NCBI GenBank assembly: GCA_019459525.1
Contig: JAIBEY010000050.1
Coordinates: 5,588-69,587, forward strand
From: Prolixibacteraceae bacterium
GTDB lineage: Bacteria > Bacteroidota > Bacteroidia > Bacteroidales > Prolixibacteraceae
Direction of reading: 5' to 3'
Length of the DNA stretch: 64,000 bases
In this document: one piece after another, positions 38,867-50,400 of the stretch
How the letters are laid out: each line of letters starts with the position of its first letter
Position numbering within the stretch: the stretch's first letter is position 1
Position numbers and translations under genes: made by a program
Notes under the pieces: model-generated
What the model was told of the DNA's origin: nothing
Database searches by the model: none
What the model saw: the letters and a program-made list of their open reading frames with translations, nothing else

Positions 38867-39233
38867 GCAACAAAGATACGGCAGCGAACCGTTAACAGGT
38901 ATGAAGGATAGTTAAGGAATGTTAAGATTTTCAGAAACACGACTTCGTTACAATTTTCTGTACATGAATGAAATAGTCGGAATATACCACGCCAGTTAAA
39001 CCACAATCCCGTACGTTAAATTAAAGTTAAGAAAGTGCTTTTAGCTTCATAAACGAATATATATATTTGTAGCCATTACAGACAAAAACAAAATCGATAC
39101 TTGTTCGTTTGACTATGGGGTTAAATCAAAAGCATAAAAAACAATAAGAAACAACCTCCAGTCACCGAAACTTAGTTCACAAAATACTAACAAACAACAG
39201 ATTATACATCAATAATCCATAAATTAACACTCT

Positions 39234-41957
39234 ATGACAAAGTACGTTTACACGTTTGGAAATGGTGCAGCTGAAGGAAAGGCTGACATGAAGAATTTAC
39301 TTGGAGGTAAAGGTGCAAACCTTGCTGAGATGAACCTCATCGGAGTTCCGGTTCCTCCGGGATTTACCATCACCACTGAAGTGTGTACCATTTACAATAA
39401 ACTGGGTCGTGAAAAAGTTATCGAACTTCTTAAAACTGACGTTGAAGCTGCTATTGCCCAGGTGGAAAGACAAACCGGTGGAAAATTCGGCGATGCTTCC
39501 AATCCGCTTTTGGTTTCAGTACGTTCGGGTGCACGCGCTTCTATGCCCGGAATGATGGATACCATCCTGAACCTCGGTTTGAATAATACCGTAGTGGAAG
39601 GAATGGCTAAAAAAACCGGAAATCCACGTTTCGTTTGGGATAGCTACCGTCGTTTTGTACAAATGTACGGCGATGTGGTTCTTGATATGAAACCCACTTC
39701 AAAAACGGATATTGACCCCTTCGAAGAAATTCTGGAAGAAGTTAAACACGAAAAAGGAGTAATTAACGACAACGAACTTTCAGTAGAAGCTTTACAAGAA
39801 TTGGTTGTAAAATTTAAAGCAGCAGTTAAAGCCAAAACGGGTCACGATTTCCCCGAAAGTTCATGGGATCAACTTTGGGGTGCTGTTTGTGCCGTATTCA
39901 ACAGCTGGATGAACGACCGTGCCATTTATTACCGCCAGTTAAACCAGATTCCTGAAGAATGGGGAACTGCTGTTAACGTACAGGCTATGGTATTTGGGAA
40001 CATGGGCCTTACTTCAGGAACTGGAGTTTGCTTTAGCCGCGACGCCGGAACCGGTGAAAACATGTTCAACGGCGAATATTTGATCAATGCCCAGGGCGAA
40101 GACGTGGTGGCCGGTATCCGTACCCCACAGCAAATTACCCTCGAAGGTTCAAAACGCTGGGCCGAACTGGCTGGTGTTTCTGAAGCTGACCGTGCAGCCA
40201 AATATCCTTCTCTCGAAGAATCAATGCCAGAAATGTACAGGGAGTTATTCGATATTCAGAATAAACTCGAAAAGTACTTTACCGACATGCAAGACATGGA
40301 GTTCACCATTCAGGAAGGTAAAATGTGGATGTTGCAAACCCGCAACGGAAAACGTACCGGCGCAGCCATGGTTCAAATTGCCATCGACATGCTGAAAGAA
40401 GGCCTGATTGATGAAAAGACTGCACTACTCCGCGTTGAACCCAACAAATTAGACGAGTTATTACACCCTGTATTCGATAAAAAAGCGATTAAAGCTGCCC
40501 GTGTATTAGCGAAAGGACTACCGGCCTCCCCGGGAGCTGCAACCGGACAAATCGTATTCTTTGCAGACGAGGCAGAAGAATGGGTAGCACAAGGCAAAAG
40601 CGTGGTTTTAGTTCGTATAGAAACTTCTCCGGAAGACCTTCGTGGGATGAACGTAGCCAAAGGTATTTTAACTGCACGTGGGGGTATGACTTCGCACGCT
40701 GCGGTTGTTGCCCGCGGAATGGGTAAATGTTGTGTATCGGGAGCTGGAGCCCTCCAAATTGACTACAAAGCCCGCACCATGATTGTTGACGGGAAAATGT
40801 TCAAAGAAGGTGATTTCATATCGCTGAACGGAACCACCGGGGAAGTTTACGAAGGTAAAATTGCTACGATCGATCCGGAATTGAGCGGCTATTTTGGAGA
40901 ACTGATGACAATTGCCGACAAATACAAACGCATGAGTGTACGTACCAATGCCGATACTCCCAAAGATGCCCAGATCGCACGTAATTTCGGGGCACAAGGT
41001 ATTGGATTAACCCGTACCGAGCACATGTTCTTTGAAGGCGAACGCATTAAAGCCATGCGCGAAATGATTTTAGCCGACGATGTTACCGGACGCGAAAAAG
41101 CGCTCGAAAAACTGTTGCCAATGCAGCGTAGCGATTTCGAAGGTATTTTTGAAGCGATGGCTGGCTACGGCGTAACCATTCGTTTGCTCGATCCGCCGTT
41201 GCACGAATTTGTTCCTCACGAAGAAGCTAATCAGCTCGAAATGGCTAAAGAAATGGGCATTTCGGTTGAGCAGGTAAAACATAAAGTAGAATCACTGCAC
41301 GAATTTAACCCGATGTTGGGTCACCGTGGGTGCCGTTTGGGTATCACCTATCCTGAAATTACAGCCATGCAAGCCCGTGCCATCATTGAAGCTGCTCTTA
41401 ACCTGAAAGCCAGGGGTGTTGATGCCCGTCCGGAAATTATGGTTCCGCTGGTAGGCACAGTTGCTGAATTGAAAAACCAGACCGACATCATTCGTAGTGT
41501 AGCCGAAAAAGTGTTTGCTGAAAAAGGCGACCGCATCGACTACCAGGTAGGTACCATGATAGAAATTCCACGTGCTGCATTAACAGCCGACCACATTGCT
41601 GCCGAAGCTGATTTCTTCTCATTCGGGACCAACGATTTAACCCAGATGACTTTGGGTTACTCGCGCGACGATGCCGGCAAATTTCTACCCGATTACCTCA
41701 ACCGTGGCATCCTGAAACAAGATCCTTTCCAGATATTGGATCAGAACGGCGTTGGTCTGCTGGTTGAAATCGGTGTTACCCGTGGCCGCATGACCAAACC
41801 CAATCTGAAAGTGGGTATTTGCGGCGAACACGGCGGCGAACCAAGCTCTGTTGAATTCTGCGACAAAGTGGGTATGAGCTACGTAAGCTGTTCGCCTTAC
41901 CGCGTGCCGATTGCACGTTTGGCTGCCGCTCAGGCAAATATTAAACACAGTAAATAA
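39234..41957 (+). CDS. ppdK: Pyruvate, phosphate dikinase
   Basis: [40 protein letters not shown] (phospho-His), [21 protein letters not shown] and GICGEHGG. Confidence 0.98.
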   Translation: MTKYVYTFGNGAAEGKADMKNLLGGKGANLAEMNLIGVPVPPGFTITTEVCTIYNKLGREKVIELLKTDVEAAIAQVERQTGGKFGDASNPLLVSVRSGARASMPGMMDTILNLGLNNTVVEGMAKKTGNPRFVWDSYRRFVQMYGDVVLDMKPTSKTDIDPFEEILEEVKHEKGVINDNELSVEALQELVVKFKAAVKAKTGHDFPESSWDQLWGAVCAVFNSWMNDRAIYYRQLNQIPEEWGTAVNVQAMVFGNMGLTSGTGVCFSRDAGTGENMFNGEYLINAQGEDVVAGIRTPQQITLEGSKRWAELAGVSEADRAAKYPSLEESMPEMYRELFDIQNKLEKYFTDMQDMEFTIQEGKMWMLQTRNGKRTGAAMVQIAIDMLKEGLIDEKTALLRVEPNKLDELLHPVFDKKAIKAARVLAKGLPASPGAATGQIVFFADEAEEWVAQGKSVVLVRIETSPEDLRGMNVAKGILTARGGMTSHAAVVARGMGKCCVSGAGALQIDYKARTMIVDGKMFKEGDFISLNGTTGEVYEGKIATIDPELSGYFGELMTIADKYKRMSVRTNADTPKDAQIARNFGAQGIGLTRTEHMFFEGERIKAMREMILADDVTGREKALEKLLPMQRSDFEGIFEAMAGYGVTIRLLDPPLHEFVPHEEANQLEMAKEMGISVEQVKHKVESLHEFNPMLGHRGCRLGITYPEITAMQARAIIEAALNLKARGVDARPEIMVPLVGTVAELKNQTDIIRSVAEKVFAEKGDRIDYQVGTMIEIPRAALTADHIAAEADFFSFGTNDLTQMTLGYSRDDAGKFLPDYLNRGILKQDPFQILDQNGVGLLVEIGVTRGRMTKPNLKVGICGEHGGEPSSVEFCDKVGMSYVSCSPYRVPIARLAAAQANIKHSK

Positions 41958-42010
41958 GACGGAAGACAGAAGTCTGAAGTCAAGAATTAAAAGATAAGCA
42001 ATTTGAATTG

Positions 42011-42043
42011 AAAGGGAATAATCTGAAAGGATTGTTCCCTTTT
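42011..42043. terminator. Hairpin AAAGGGAATAATCTGAAAGGATTGTTCCCTTTT, copy 1
   Basis: Near-identical copy at 45357-45390. Confidence 0.8.
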
Positions 42044-42391
42044 GTTTTTTTTGGGTAAAAACTCAGCAAACACATCCATTGGATGCAACAATATAGTCAA
42101 ATCGACTAATCAAATAAAAAATTCAGAAATTAAATCAAAACATAAAACATACAAAACTCTACAAATCAAAACTTTAAAGCACACAAAACTCGTTGCAAAA
42201 TATTTTATCGAAAATAATGCAATGAAATCAGATTGTTATTTAGAATAATTATAAATAATGATTTAATTTTGAAATACACCCTAATTTGATGCTTCGATTC
42301 TATCGTTTGCAGTTAAAGTATAATAACACTTTAGCATAAAAACCAAAACACTGCCAAATACTTAAGTATAACTTATAAACAACTTCAAACC

Positions 42392-45112
42392 ATGAAAACA
42401 AAAAGTAAATTGAACAACCTAAAACGAACTTTTCTTCTCTTACTTGTAATTACCGGGATGAATTCAAACGCTTCGACCATTTATGTTAATCATAATGCTA
42501 TGGGCATGAATAATGGTACAAGCTGGGTCAATGCTTATAATAGCTTATCTACAGCGCTATCTGCAGCAACAAGTGGCGATAATATCTGGGTTGCACAAGG
42601 TGTTTACAAACCTACGTCTTTAGTTGATGTAAATCTTGACGGATTTTTAGACCCGAGAGAAGCTACTTTTCATATCGTAGATGGTGTTAGTCTATTTGGG
42701 GGGTTTATTGGCACCGAAATCTCAATAGATGAGAGAAATTGGAACATTAATAGTACAATACTAAGCGGTGATTTAGATAATAACGATATAAATATAGATG
42801 GAAATAACACAATAGAAAATACATCACAAATAGTTGGAAATAATGCATTTCACATTATTTATACTGAAAATGTAGGTTTTGGAACGACACTGAATGGATT
42901 TATTATAACTGGAGGAAATGCTTCTGTTACATTGCCAGCTACAGATGCAAATGGCGACGGAGGTGGTTGGTTTAATAAATTAAGTGGGGTAGTAAATGCA
43001 AGCTCTCCAAGCATATACAACAATACTTTCAGCGGCAACTTTGCTGCCTCTGAAGGTGGAGCGTTATACAATTCTGCGGCACCATCCGGAGGAGTAGTTT
43101 TATCAACAATTGATAATTGCCGATTTGTTTTTAATAAGTCAAATCTTAATGGAGGAGCAATTGCTCTAGGTTCATATAGCCCAGGAAACTACCAACCAAA
43201 TATCAATAAATGTTATTTCGAGTTTAATCAGGCTTACAGGAGAGGTGGAGCTTTATACTTTATAGGCGACCATGCAGTTATTGATTCCTGTACCATAAAA
43301 AATAATTCAGTTACAGCAATTTCTCCAGACATGAGTACTTTACCCGGTTCTGGAGGAGGTGCACTTTTGGTTGGTACCAATGCAGTATTTAGTGCATGTT
43401 TATTCGAAGCGAATAGTTCAACGGGAAACCCTACCGGTGCATTCGAGGGTGGCGGAGGCGGAGGAGTTTATCTTTCGATGAATGAACCACAGACCTTATC
43501 ATTTGGCTCATCCGAGCCTCAATTTATTAACTGCGTTTTCAGATTGAATACCGCCTCCGGAAATACAGCAGCATGGGGAGGAGCCGTTAACCATTTAAAC
43601 GATGGTGGAATACTAAATCCCAACTACGTTAATTGTGTGTTCGTTGACAATTCCTCTCAAAATACAGGTGGTGCAATTGCTGCTTTCACTCGTGTAATTG
43701 GATCACCAGAGGGGTATGCTCCATCCTTATCTCTAAAGCTTACCAATTGTACTTTTAATTCCAACTCTACATTACAAAGAGGGGGTGCAATTTTTTACGA
43801 TGGATATTTACACCTTGGGGCCCAGGTATTACAATCAAGAATTGAAAATTCTATACTCTGGAATAATAGTGCCGGGGTCGATGGACCTCAAGTTTATTCT
43901 GATGCCACGAATCTGGTATTATATTCCAACATTATGGGTTCAGGAGGTAGCGGACCTGGCTGGCTGGCTTCAATTGGTATCGATGGCGGGAATAATCTGG
44001 ATACCGACCCTGAATATACCGATGAAGCCAACCATTTAGGAATTGATAATACTATTCCTTCATCTGATGACGGATTGCGCTTATCATCAACTTCTCCTCT
44101 TATAAATCAAGGGAACAATTCAGCACCTGCATTATCCGGCATTTCAAAAGATATTATCGGCAATCCACGAATTATTAGTTCCACGGTAGATATGGGGGCC
44201 TATGAAAGATCAGGGATAATACTTCCCGATTTCCCCATATATTGGCTGTACAATTGGCGACCTTATTTTCCCGGATGTTTAACCTGCCCATGGACTTTTA
44301 ACTTTTCGGATAAAATACTTGGACATTTCATATGGTCAGAACCTGCTCAATTAAGGTTCGATGATTCGGGTGCAACGATTACTGGTAAAATAAAGAGTAC
44401 TCTTAATAGAGAAATTACGTTCAATGTCTTTTTAAAATTAACGAGGCAATCAAACTGGAAAGAATGGAACGCCTTGGGAAGAACCTATAGTGCAATTTCA
44501 CCTCAGGTAAGAAAACTAGCAGCTCAAACTCATACTGACTGGACATATTGGGAATTATCTGAAAAAAGTTATTTGGAAGCAAGCGGCAACTTTAGTGGTA
44601 TATTATACTTAAAACACTATCCGATCAGCAAGAAGACTGGATTTCAACTTGGTATTGCAGCCAACGCTCTTGATATTGATTTAGGGCTAAACGGGAACTT
44701 TGTATATCAGGGGCAACTATCTTATGGGAAAAAGAAATTTGACATTAAAGGTATAGGTTCCTTACATGCAGATGCAAAACTTTGCAAATCAAATTGCGAA
44801 CAGAATAACTACTCAGAATCAAATATTCTCAAAAATATACAAATTGACATTTTAGATGACGAGCCAGATATTACCATATATCCAATCCCTGCGACTGAAT
44901 TTATATATATAAATGGAACTGAATTTATTTCGGCCATTAAATCAATTGAACTTTATGATACTAAAGGAACCATGATTAAATCTTTCCCTTTGAGCCTTAA
45001 AGAAATGAGGGATTATTCTATAAATATCAGCGATATAAAAAAAGGGATATATCTGCTCAAAGTCATCACACAAAAAGATGAAATGGTTATGAAAAAACTA
45101 ATCATTCAGTAA
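42392..45112 (+). CDS. T9SS type-A cargo: secreted beta-helix (pectin-lyase-like/Pmp-repeat) protein with a choice-of-anchor-Q-like region
   Basis: Signal peptide, repeated GGA(L/I/V)...FxxN motifs, SPLINQG...DIIGNPR...VDMGAYE, and CTD ITIYPIPA...KKGIYLLKV...KKLIIQ. Confidence 0.85.
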   Translation: MKTKSKLNNLKRTFLLLLVITGMNSNASTIYVNHNAMGMNNGTSWVNAYNSLSTALSAATSGDNIWVAQGVYKPTSLVDVNLDGFLDPREATFHIVDGVSLFGGFIGTEISIDERNWNINSTILSGDLDNNDINIDGNNTIENTSQIVGNNAFHIIYTENVGFGTTLNGFIITGGNASVTLPATDANGDGGGWFNKLSGVVNASSPSIYNNTFSGNFAASEGGALYNSAAPSGGVVLSTIDNCRFVFNKSNLNGGAIALGSYSPGNYQPNINKCYFEFNQAYRRGGALYFIGDHAVIDSCTIKNNSVTAISPDMSTLPGSGGGALLVGTNAVFSACLFEANSSTGNPTGAFEGGGGGGVYLSMNEPQTLSFGSSEPQFINCVFRLNTASGNTAAWGGAVNHLNDGGILNPNYVNCVFVDNSSQNTGGAIAAFTRVIGSPEGYAPSLSLKLTNCTFNSNSTLQRGGAIFYDGYLHLGAQVLQSRIENSILWNNSAGVDGPQVYSDATNLVLYSNIMGSGGSGPGWLASIGIDGGNNLDTDPEYTDEANHLGIDNTIPSSDDGLRLSSTSPLINQGNNSAPALSGISKDIIGNPRIISSTVDMGAYERSGIILPDFPIYWLYNWRPYFPGCLTCPWTFNFSDKILGHFIWSEPAQLRFDDSGATITGKIKSTLNREITFNVFLKLTRQSNWKEWNALGRTYSAISPQVRKLAAQTHTDWTYWELSEKSYLEASGNFSGILYLKHYPISKKTGFQLGIAANALDIDLGLNGNFVYQGQLSYGKKKFDIKGIGSLHADAKLCKSNCEQNNYSESNILKNIQIDILDDEPDITIYPIPATEFIYINGTEFISAIKSIELYDTKGTMIKSFPLSLKEMRDYSINISDIKKGIYLLKVITQKDEMVMKKLIIQ

Positions 45113-45356
45113 GCTTGCCTTTTTGTCATCCTATTTTCCTATCTGCAATTAACTGTTAAATATTTCGTTATAAAAGTAAAACTGGCAATAACACAAAATC
45201 AAATAATACTTATTTTATATTGAATTTTTATTGCCTGAAATAACTAGTATGAGAAACTTACCAGGGTATTTAACTGATAGGTACCACAAAACTATTTAGA
45301 GAATAAATAACAATAATTCGAAGACCAAACAAGTACTCCCTGAGCACTAATCAGTC

Positions 45357-45390
45357 AAAAGGGAATAATCCGAAAGGATTGTTCCCTTTT
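45357..45390. terminator. Hairpin copy 2 (direct repeat of 42011-42043)
   Basis: AAAAGGGAATAATCCGAAAGGATTGTTCCCTTTT. Confidence 0.8.
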
Positions 45391-45433
45391 GTTCGTTGGT
45401 TAAATCCCTATAAGAGTAAAAGCTACCGCTTGT

Positions 45434-46705
45434 CTATTCACATTGAAAATCAATTGCCTGTTGAATGGATTTGTTGCAAACCGGGCAAAACACATCAATG
45501 GTGTGCAGGTTGTTCATCAGGCAATTGATCCACGGACGGTAAACGCCTTTGGTTACATAGCCGCCACCTTCGAAAACACCCAATTTTTCATTATTCTCCG
45601 CCTTTACGGGTGTTGGTATTTCGGTTCCTTCCGGAAGCATGTTTTTCCATTTCCGGTCGAAATCCACCAAGGTAGTCAGGTTAGGTTCCCAAGGTTCCAC
45701 CTGGGGTGGATAAAAGTCGGAATACTCGACCCCACCAACATATTCATCGCCCAATCCGGCAAACAGGTGCCCAAATTCGTGAATATAAATTTTACCGGTT
45801 TCGTCGATATGATGGGCCGCGCTGATTCCGTAGAAATTATAAATGGCGCCACCGCCATATTTTTCGGTATTAGCCAGAATATAAACAAAATCGTAAGGAG
45901 CATTTCCGGCCAAATTTCGGATGCCCTGAAAATCGTTCACCATCAGGTAACGTTCGGAGTCGAAAGTATAAAACGAAGCATTCAGGCAGGTTTCGTTCCA
46001 GATGTGATCGCCCGGGATGTCTGGTCCGGCCTCTTGCGAAGGAGCCCAAACTCCACGGATATTAAATTTATCCTTGTTTTCGGAATAAGGCGCATATCGA
46101 AAAAGTTCTTCGGCAAACTTTTGGCAATCCGCAATAAACAAGTCTTTCTGATCGGCAGTATATCCTTCAGGAAGTAAAACCAGATCAACTTTTTTAGCCG
46201 GATTGCCCGATTTCACCACATCAAACACCGGCAGTTTAGCTCGTTCCTTTTTAATGAAATGACTTTTCGGATCAACTGCATATTCAAATTTCTTTTCGAA
46301 GTTACCTTTCTTATTTCGGCTTGTTATGGAGACTACTACTTTTTCGCGGGGAAATGGCATCACCACCGACTCCGGATAACAACTGTCGGTAATTTTAGCT
46401 TCTGCCGTGGTTTGCCATTCGTCAAAAAGGGTACAGAAACCGCGTGAAAAAATCAACTCTCCGGTATCGAAGGCACGCACTTCAACAAAATGATTCCCAA
46501 ATCCGTTGGTGTCTATCAACTGGGTTTCCGAACCGGCCCAAAATGGCTCCTCTATCAGCTCGTCGAAAAAGAACTGCTCGGTTCCGGCATTTCCACAATG
46601 GTAATAATCGAGGCGCAAAGTTTTGTTGTCGAAATATTTACGAAATTGGGCATCCGATTTTCCGGAAATACAAAGTACAGCGATAAACATCAGGAGATAT
46701 TTCAT
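45434..46705 (-). CDS. Peptidase M64 (IgA peptidase-like) family protein
   Basis: VDLVLLPEGYT, YGGGAIYN, HEFGHLFAGLGDEY, GVFEGGGY...GVYRP...CLM...FCPVC. Confidence 0.93.
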   Translation of the reverse strand: MKYLLMFIAVLCISGKSDAQFRKYFDNKTLRLDYYHCGNAGTEQFFFDELIEEPFWAGSETQLIDTNGFGNHFVEVRAFDTGELIFSRGFCTLFDEWQTTAEAKITDSCYPESVVMPFPREKVVVSITSRNKKGNFEKKFEYAVDPKSHFIKKERAKLPVFDVVKSGNPAKKVDLVLLPEGYTADQKDLFIADCQKFAEELFRYAPYSENKDKFNIRGVWAPSQEAGPDIPGDHIWNETCLNASFYTFDSERYLMVNDFQGIRNLAGNAPYDFVYILANTEKYGGGAIYNFYGISAAHHIDETGKIYIHEFGHLFAGLGDEYVGGVEYSDFYPPQVEPWEPNLTTLVDFDRKWKNMLPEGTEIPTPVKAENNEKLGVFEGGGYVTKGVYRPWINCLMNNLHTIDVFCPVCNKSIQQAIDFQCE

Positions 46706-46906
46706 ATCAGCACGTTTATAAGGTTATTGACTGTTGACCTGTGATTTTAAATGCACAGAATCGTATTCATTTTTGAATCGCGTCCCATGAAACCAAATAT
46801 AACACAATAAATTTCTCAACAAAATGCGGTTCAACAGGGTTAAATAATGTTTGTAAAAATCAATTCAACAAACCAACATTTGGTTTCATTTTATACTTTT
46901 GCACGC

Positions 46907-47302
46907 ATGTATTACCTCATCGGAATTATCGTTTTTGCAGCAATTGTGTATGCTGCAATCCGGTTTTTAAAAAATAAACCGGTAACAACCACAGAACCCC
47001 AGCCTCAGGAAGTACCACATCAGATTGCCTCTGATTGCTGTGGGGCTCACGAAATATGCGAATTCGATGCTTCGGCCTTCGACGAAGAGCAAATCATTTA
47101 TTTCGACGACGAAGAACTGGATGTACTGCGCAATGTCCGTGAAGACCAGCTTTCAGGAAAGCAGATTGACGATTTACGAGAAGTTTTATATACCTTGCGA
47201 ACCAATGAAATTAACAAATGGCTCACCAGCCTTTCCCGTCGGCACATTCATTTACCCACCATCCTACAGCAGGAAGCCAGGCAGTTAATGGCCGAGAAAT
47301 AA
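46907..47302 (+). CDS. Conserved Bacteroidota small membrane-anchored protein with a CCGxHExC motif
   Basis: N-terminal TM, DCCGAHEICE, YFDDEELD and LREVLYTL. ATG follows a TACTTTTG promoter-like element. Confidence 0.75.
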   Translation: MYYLIGIIVFAAIVYAAIRFLKNKPVTTTEPQPQEVPHQIASDCCGAHEICEFDASAFDEEQIIYFDDEELDVLRNVREDQLSGKQIDDLREVLYTLRTNEINKWLTSLSRRHIHLPTILQQEARQLMAEK

Positions 47303-47435
47303 ATCCACAACATCGGGTCATTTCTATCGTATCAAAAATCCCATATTCTGCCCTTATTTTCGCATTGATTCTTACTTCGATTTTTTGCTAAATTTGAAAC
47401 CCACACCCAATGGGTAATCTGTAAACTATCGAGCC

Positions 47436-50400
47436 GTGATTCAGCACCTGAAACAAATTTTATTTTGTGGATTTTTACTCCTGATCCTGCAAACCCAGGC
47501 CTCGGAACCTTACCGCCCCCAATTGGCCAATCCCGTTTTGGAACCCTGGCGCTGGATCGAATTCCCGGAATTTGACACCATCCGGATTTCGTGCGTGACA
47601 AAAGAAAAAGAAGGTGGAATGTGGATGGGAATTGGCAATAAAGCCGTTTTTTTTAACGGATACAAATCCATCAGGTTTATTCCTGACAGCAGCGCCATCC
47701 ACTCGATGGTTATTGAGAAAGATAACAATCTGCTTGCAACCACATCAAACGGAATTTTCAGGTATAAAGAAGGCGAATTCCGCAAAATACTCGATTTCAC
47801 TTTTAGTGGACAGCGAAACTTTATTACCGATTCGAAAGGGCATGTTTGGATTGGCTCCGACTTTGGATTGCTGCGAATTACTCCGCAAACAATTTTCTGT
47901 CTCAACCCGCAAGGCTATTTCGAAATCGACAGCAACGGTTTGGTGATTAAAACCCTGAAACTGGAAGCGGCAAACGACTATCACCCCAACTCCGTTACTG
48001 AAACAAAATTTCCTGTTTATAACCTTACCATCAATACGCAACAACGCGTTTGGATGACGATCGGCGAGCCAACTAAAAACCTTGCGAACATCAACCTGAA
48101 TGAGCTTTCAGGCGCTTCGGTAAAATGGAAATACCAGAAGATACCAGGCATTGAAACCTGGAGTGTTTCGGGACTTTGCGAAGCCAACAATTCGCTATAC
48201 ATAACCACCAGCGACGTAAATATCATGCTAGCCCGTTACCAGATTGATGCCGATAAGTGGGAAAAGATTAACATGAAAGCGATTGGCGGCGATAATGTTC
48301 AGTCTTCGATCCTGAAAACCCCTGACGGAACACTTTGGATTGGCGGACACAGCAAACTATACGCATTGAAAGATTCGGGCTGGAAAGTTTACCAGTACCC
48401 TGAAGTAGCGCTACCACTTTCCTACATCGAACTAACTCAGGACCAGGAGGAAAATTTGTTTATTTTCGGGAACGACGGCAGTTTGTTAAAATTCGATCTG
48501 TCGCCGCGGAACTTTTGTACCTGGCAGGGGCTCAACTTCCAGTGCAATTCGGCCGACGGGAAATACTGGTTTACCACCAATACCGGCAAAGTTGTTGAAT
48601 GTGACCCGGACATGCAAAAATTTACCCGCCATTCGGTCACCGACGGATTGATGGATATGGCCATGGCGATGCACTTTTCAGAAAAAAGTGGGTTGTGGGC
48701 AGCCGGGAGCCATCGCGGCAAAGCTGCTATTGCCCGTTTCAGAAACGGGAAATGGGAAAACACGTTATTTCCCGAATTATATCTCGGAATAGCTTACAAC
48801 GGAATCTGCGAATTAGGCGATTCGGCCCTGGCTTTTCCGGTAAATGGGCTGCTCGAATTGGGCAATACCAATTATAACGGAGGTTTTGTATGTTACAATT
48901 ATAAACGATCGGAATGGGAAGCCGTTACCCGTGAGAAAGTTCCGCAACGTATTCCTTCAATGGGGCAAACCTCCGATGGCAGGCTTTGGTTCTCCGGAGG
49001 CGAATTTAATGTTTACGATGGAAACACCAGCCAGAAAGTTGATTTGCAGGTAAAAGCAACCAGTTGGACTGACGATGTGCGGATTTCGCCAACCGACCGG
49101 ATTTGGGCAGCACAAGGCGGAACGGGCTTGTTTTACAATGATGGCAAAAAATGGATCCGATATACTACGTTTAATGGTTTAGCCAGCAATATGGTAACCA
49201 ATGTTTACATCGAAAACGACAGCGCGGTTTATATTGCCTCCGATAAAGGCATCTCGTTTTACGATGGCAAACAATTTATCAGGCAAATTATTCATCCGGA
49301 ACTGAATATACAGCGGGAACGCGGCCATTTAAAATTATCAGACAATGGCGCACTGTGGATTAACCAAGGCACACGCGAATGGTATTTGTACGATTTCAAA
49401 TCGATTACCGAAGATCCAACGATATTTAAAACCACGATGTACCTCCGTGGAAATAAAGCGCCGGTAACAACTATTTCATTTTCAAATCAGGAAATTTCTT
49501 CGTCGGGAAACGTAATTATTACCTACAATGGAATTGACTATTTCAATAGTACGTCTCCCGAAAAAATCCAATTCTCCTATCGGCTAAACAACGAAGCATG
49601 GTCGCCCTTTTCCGAAGAAAAATCGAGCGTTTTTCTGGATTTGGATCCCGGCGATTATACGATGGAAGTCAGGGCCCGCGATCTCGACCGGAACATTGAA
49701 GCGGTTCCAGCACAAATTTCGTTCAGCATACTGCCACCAGTTTATTTACGTTTCTGGTTTATCCTAACCATATTTACCTTTATCGGCATTATCGTTTGGT
49801 TGTTGCTCAGGCTCTATGCGCGCGACAAGCAAATCCACGAGCTCGACCAATTAAAACTGCGGCTTTTTACCGATATCTCACACGAGCTAAAAACCCCTCT
49901 GACCCTGATTTCTCTTCCCCTTCAGAAATTACTGAACAAGGCTGACCGGCAAAACGAAACCAAAGATAGCCTGGAACTGATTTACACCAACGTGCAACGA
50001 CTAACTAACCTCGTGAATCAAGTGGTCGATTTCAGGCGTTTGGAAGCCGGAAAAATTCAGTTGGAAATAAGTCCGGGCGACCTGACGCTGCATTTGCGCA
50101 ACATCGCCAATTATTACCTGCCACTGGCGCACGAAAAAAATATTCAATTTGTGTTTACCTGCAACTGCCGCGATTTATGGGTTAAATACGATGCCGACAA
50201 ACTCGAAAAAATCGTGGTTAACCTGTTATCAAATGCCTTTAAATATACTCCTGAAAATGAAAAGGTGGAACTGATTGTACACATTGAAGAACCGGCAGAA
50301 AAACTTCAGCTTTGGGTAAACGACTCAGGACCAGGAATTCCGAAAGAAATGCAGCAGAACGTTTTCGACCGTTTTTACCGGCTACGCAACGAAAAACTAA

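Noticed and set aside
38686-38895. 69-aa plus-strand ORF in the clpB-ppdK gap
   Set aside because: Weak start, no recognisable features, and the region is better explained by minus-strand promoter/terminator units.
45443-46177. 244-aa plus-strand ORF
   Set aside because: It is an antisense shadow of the M64 peptidase. The same applies to most other short overlapping ORFs in the track.
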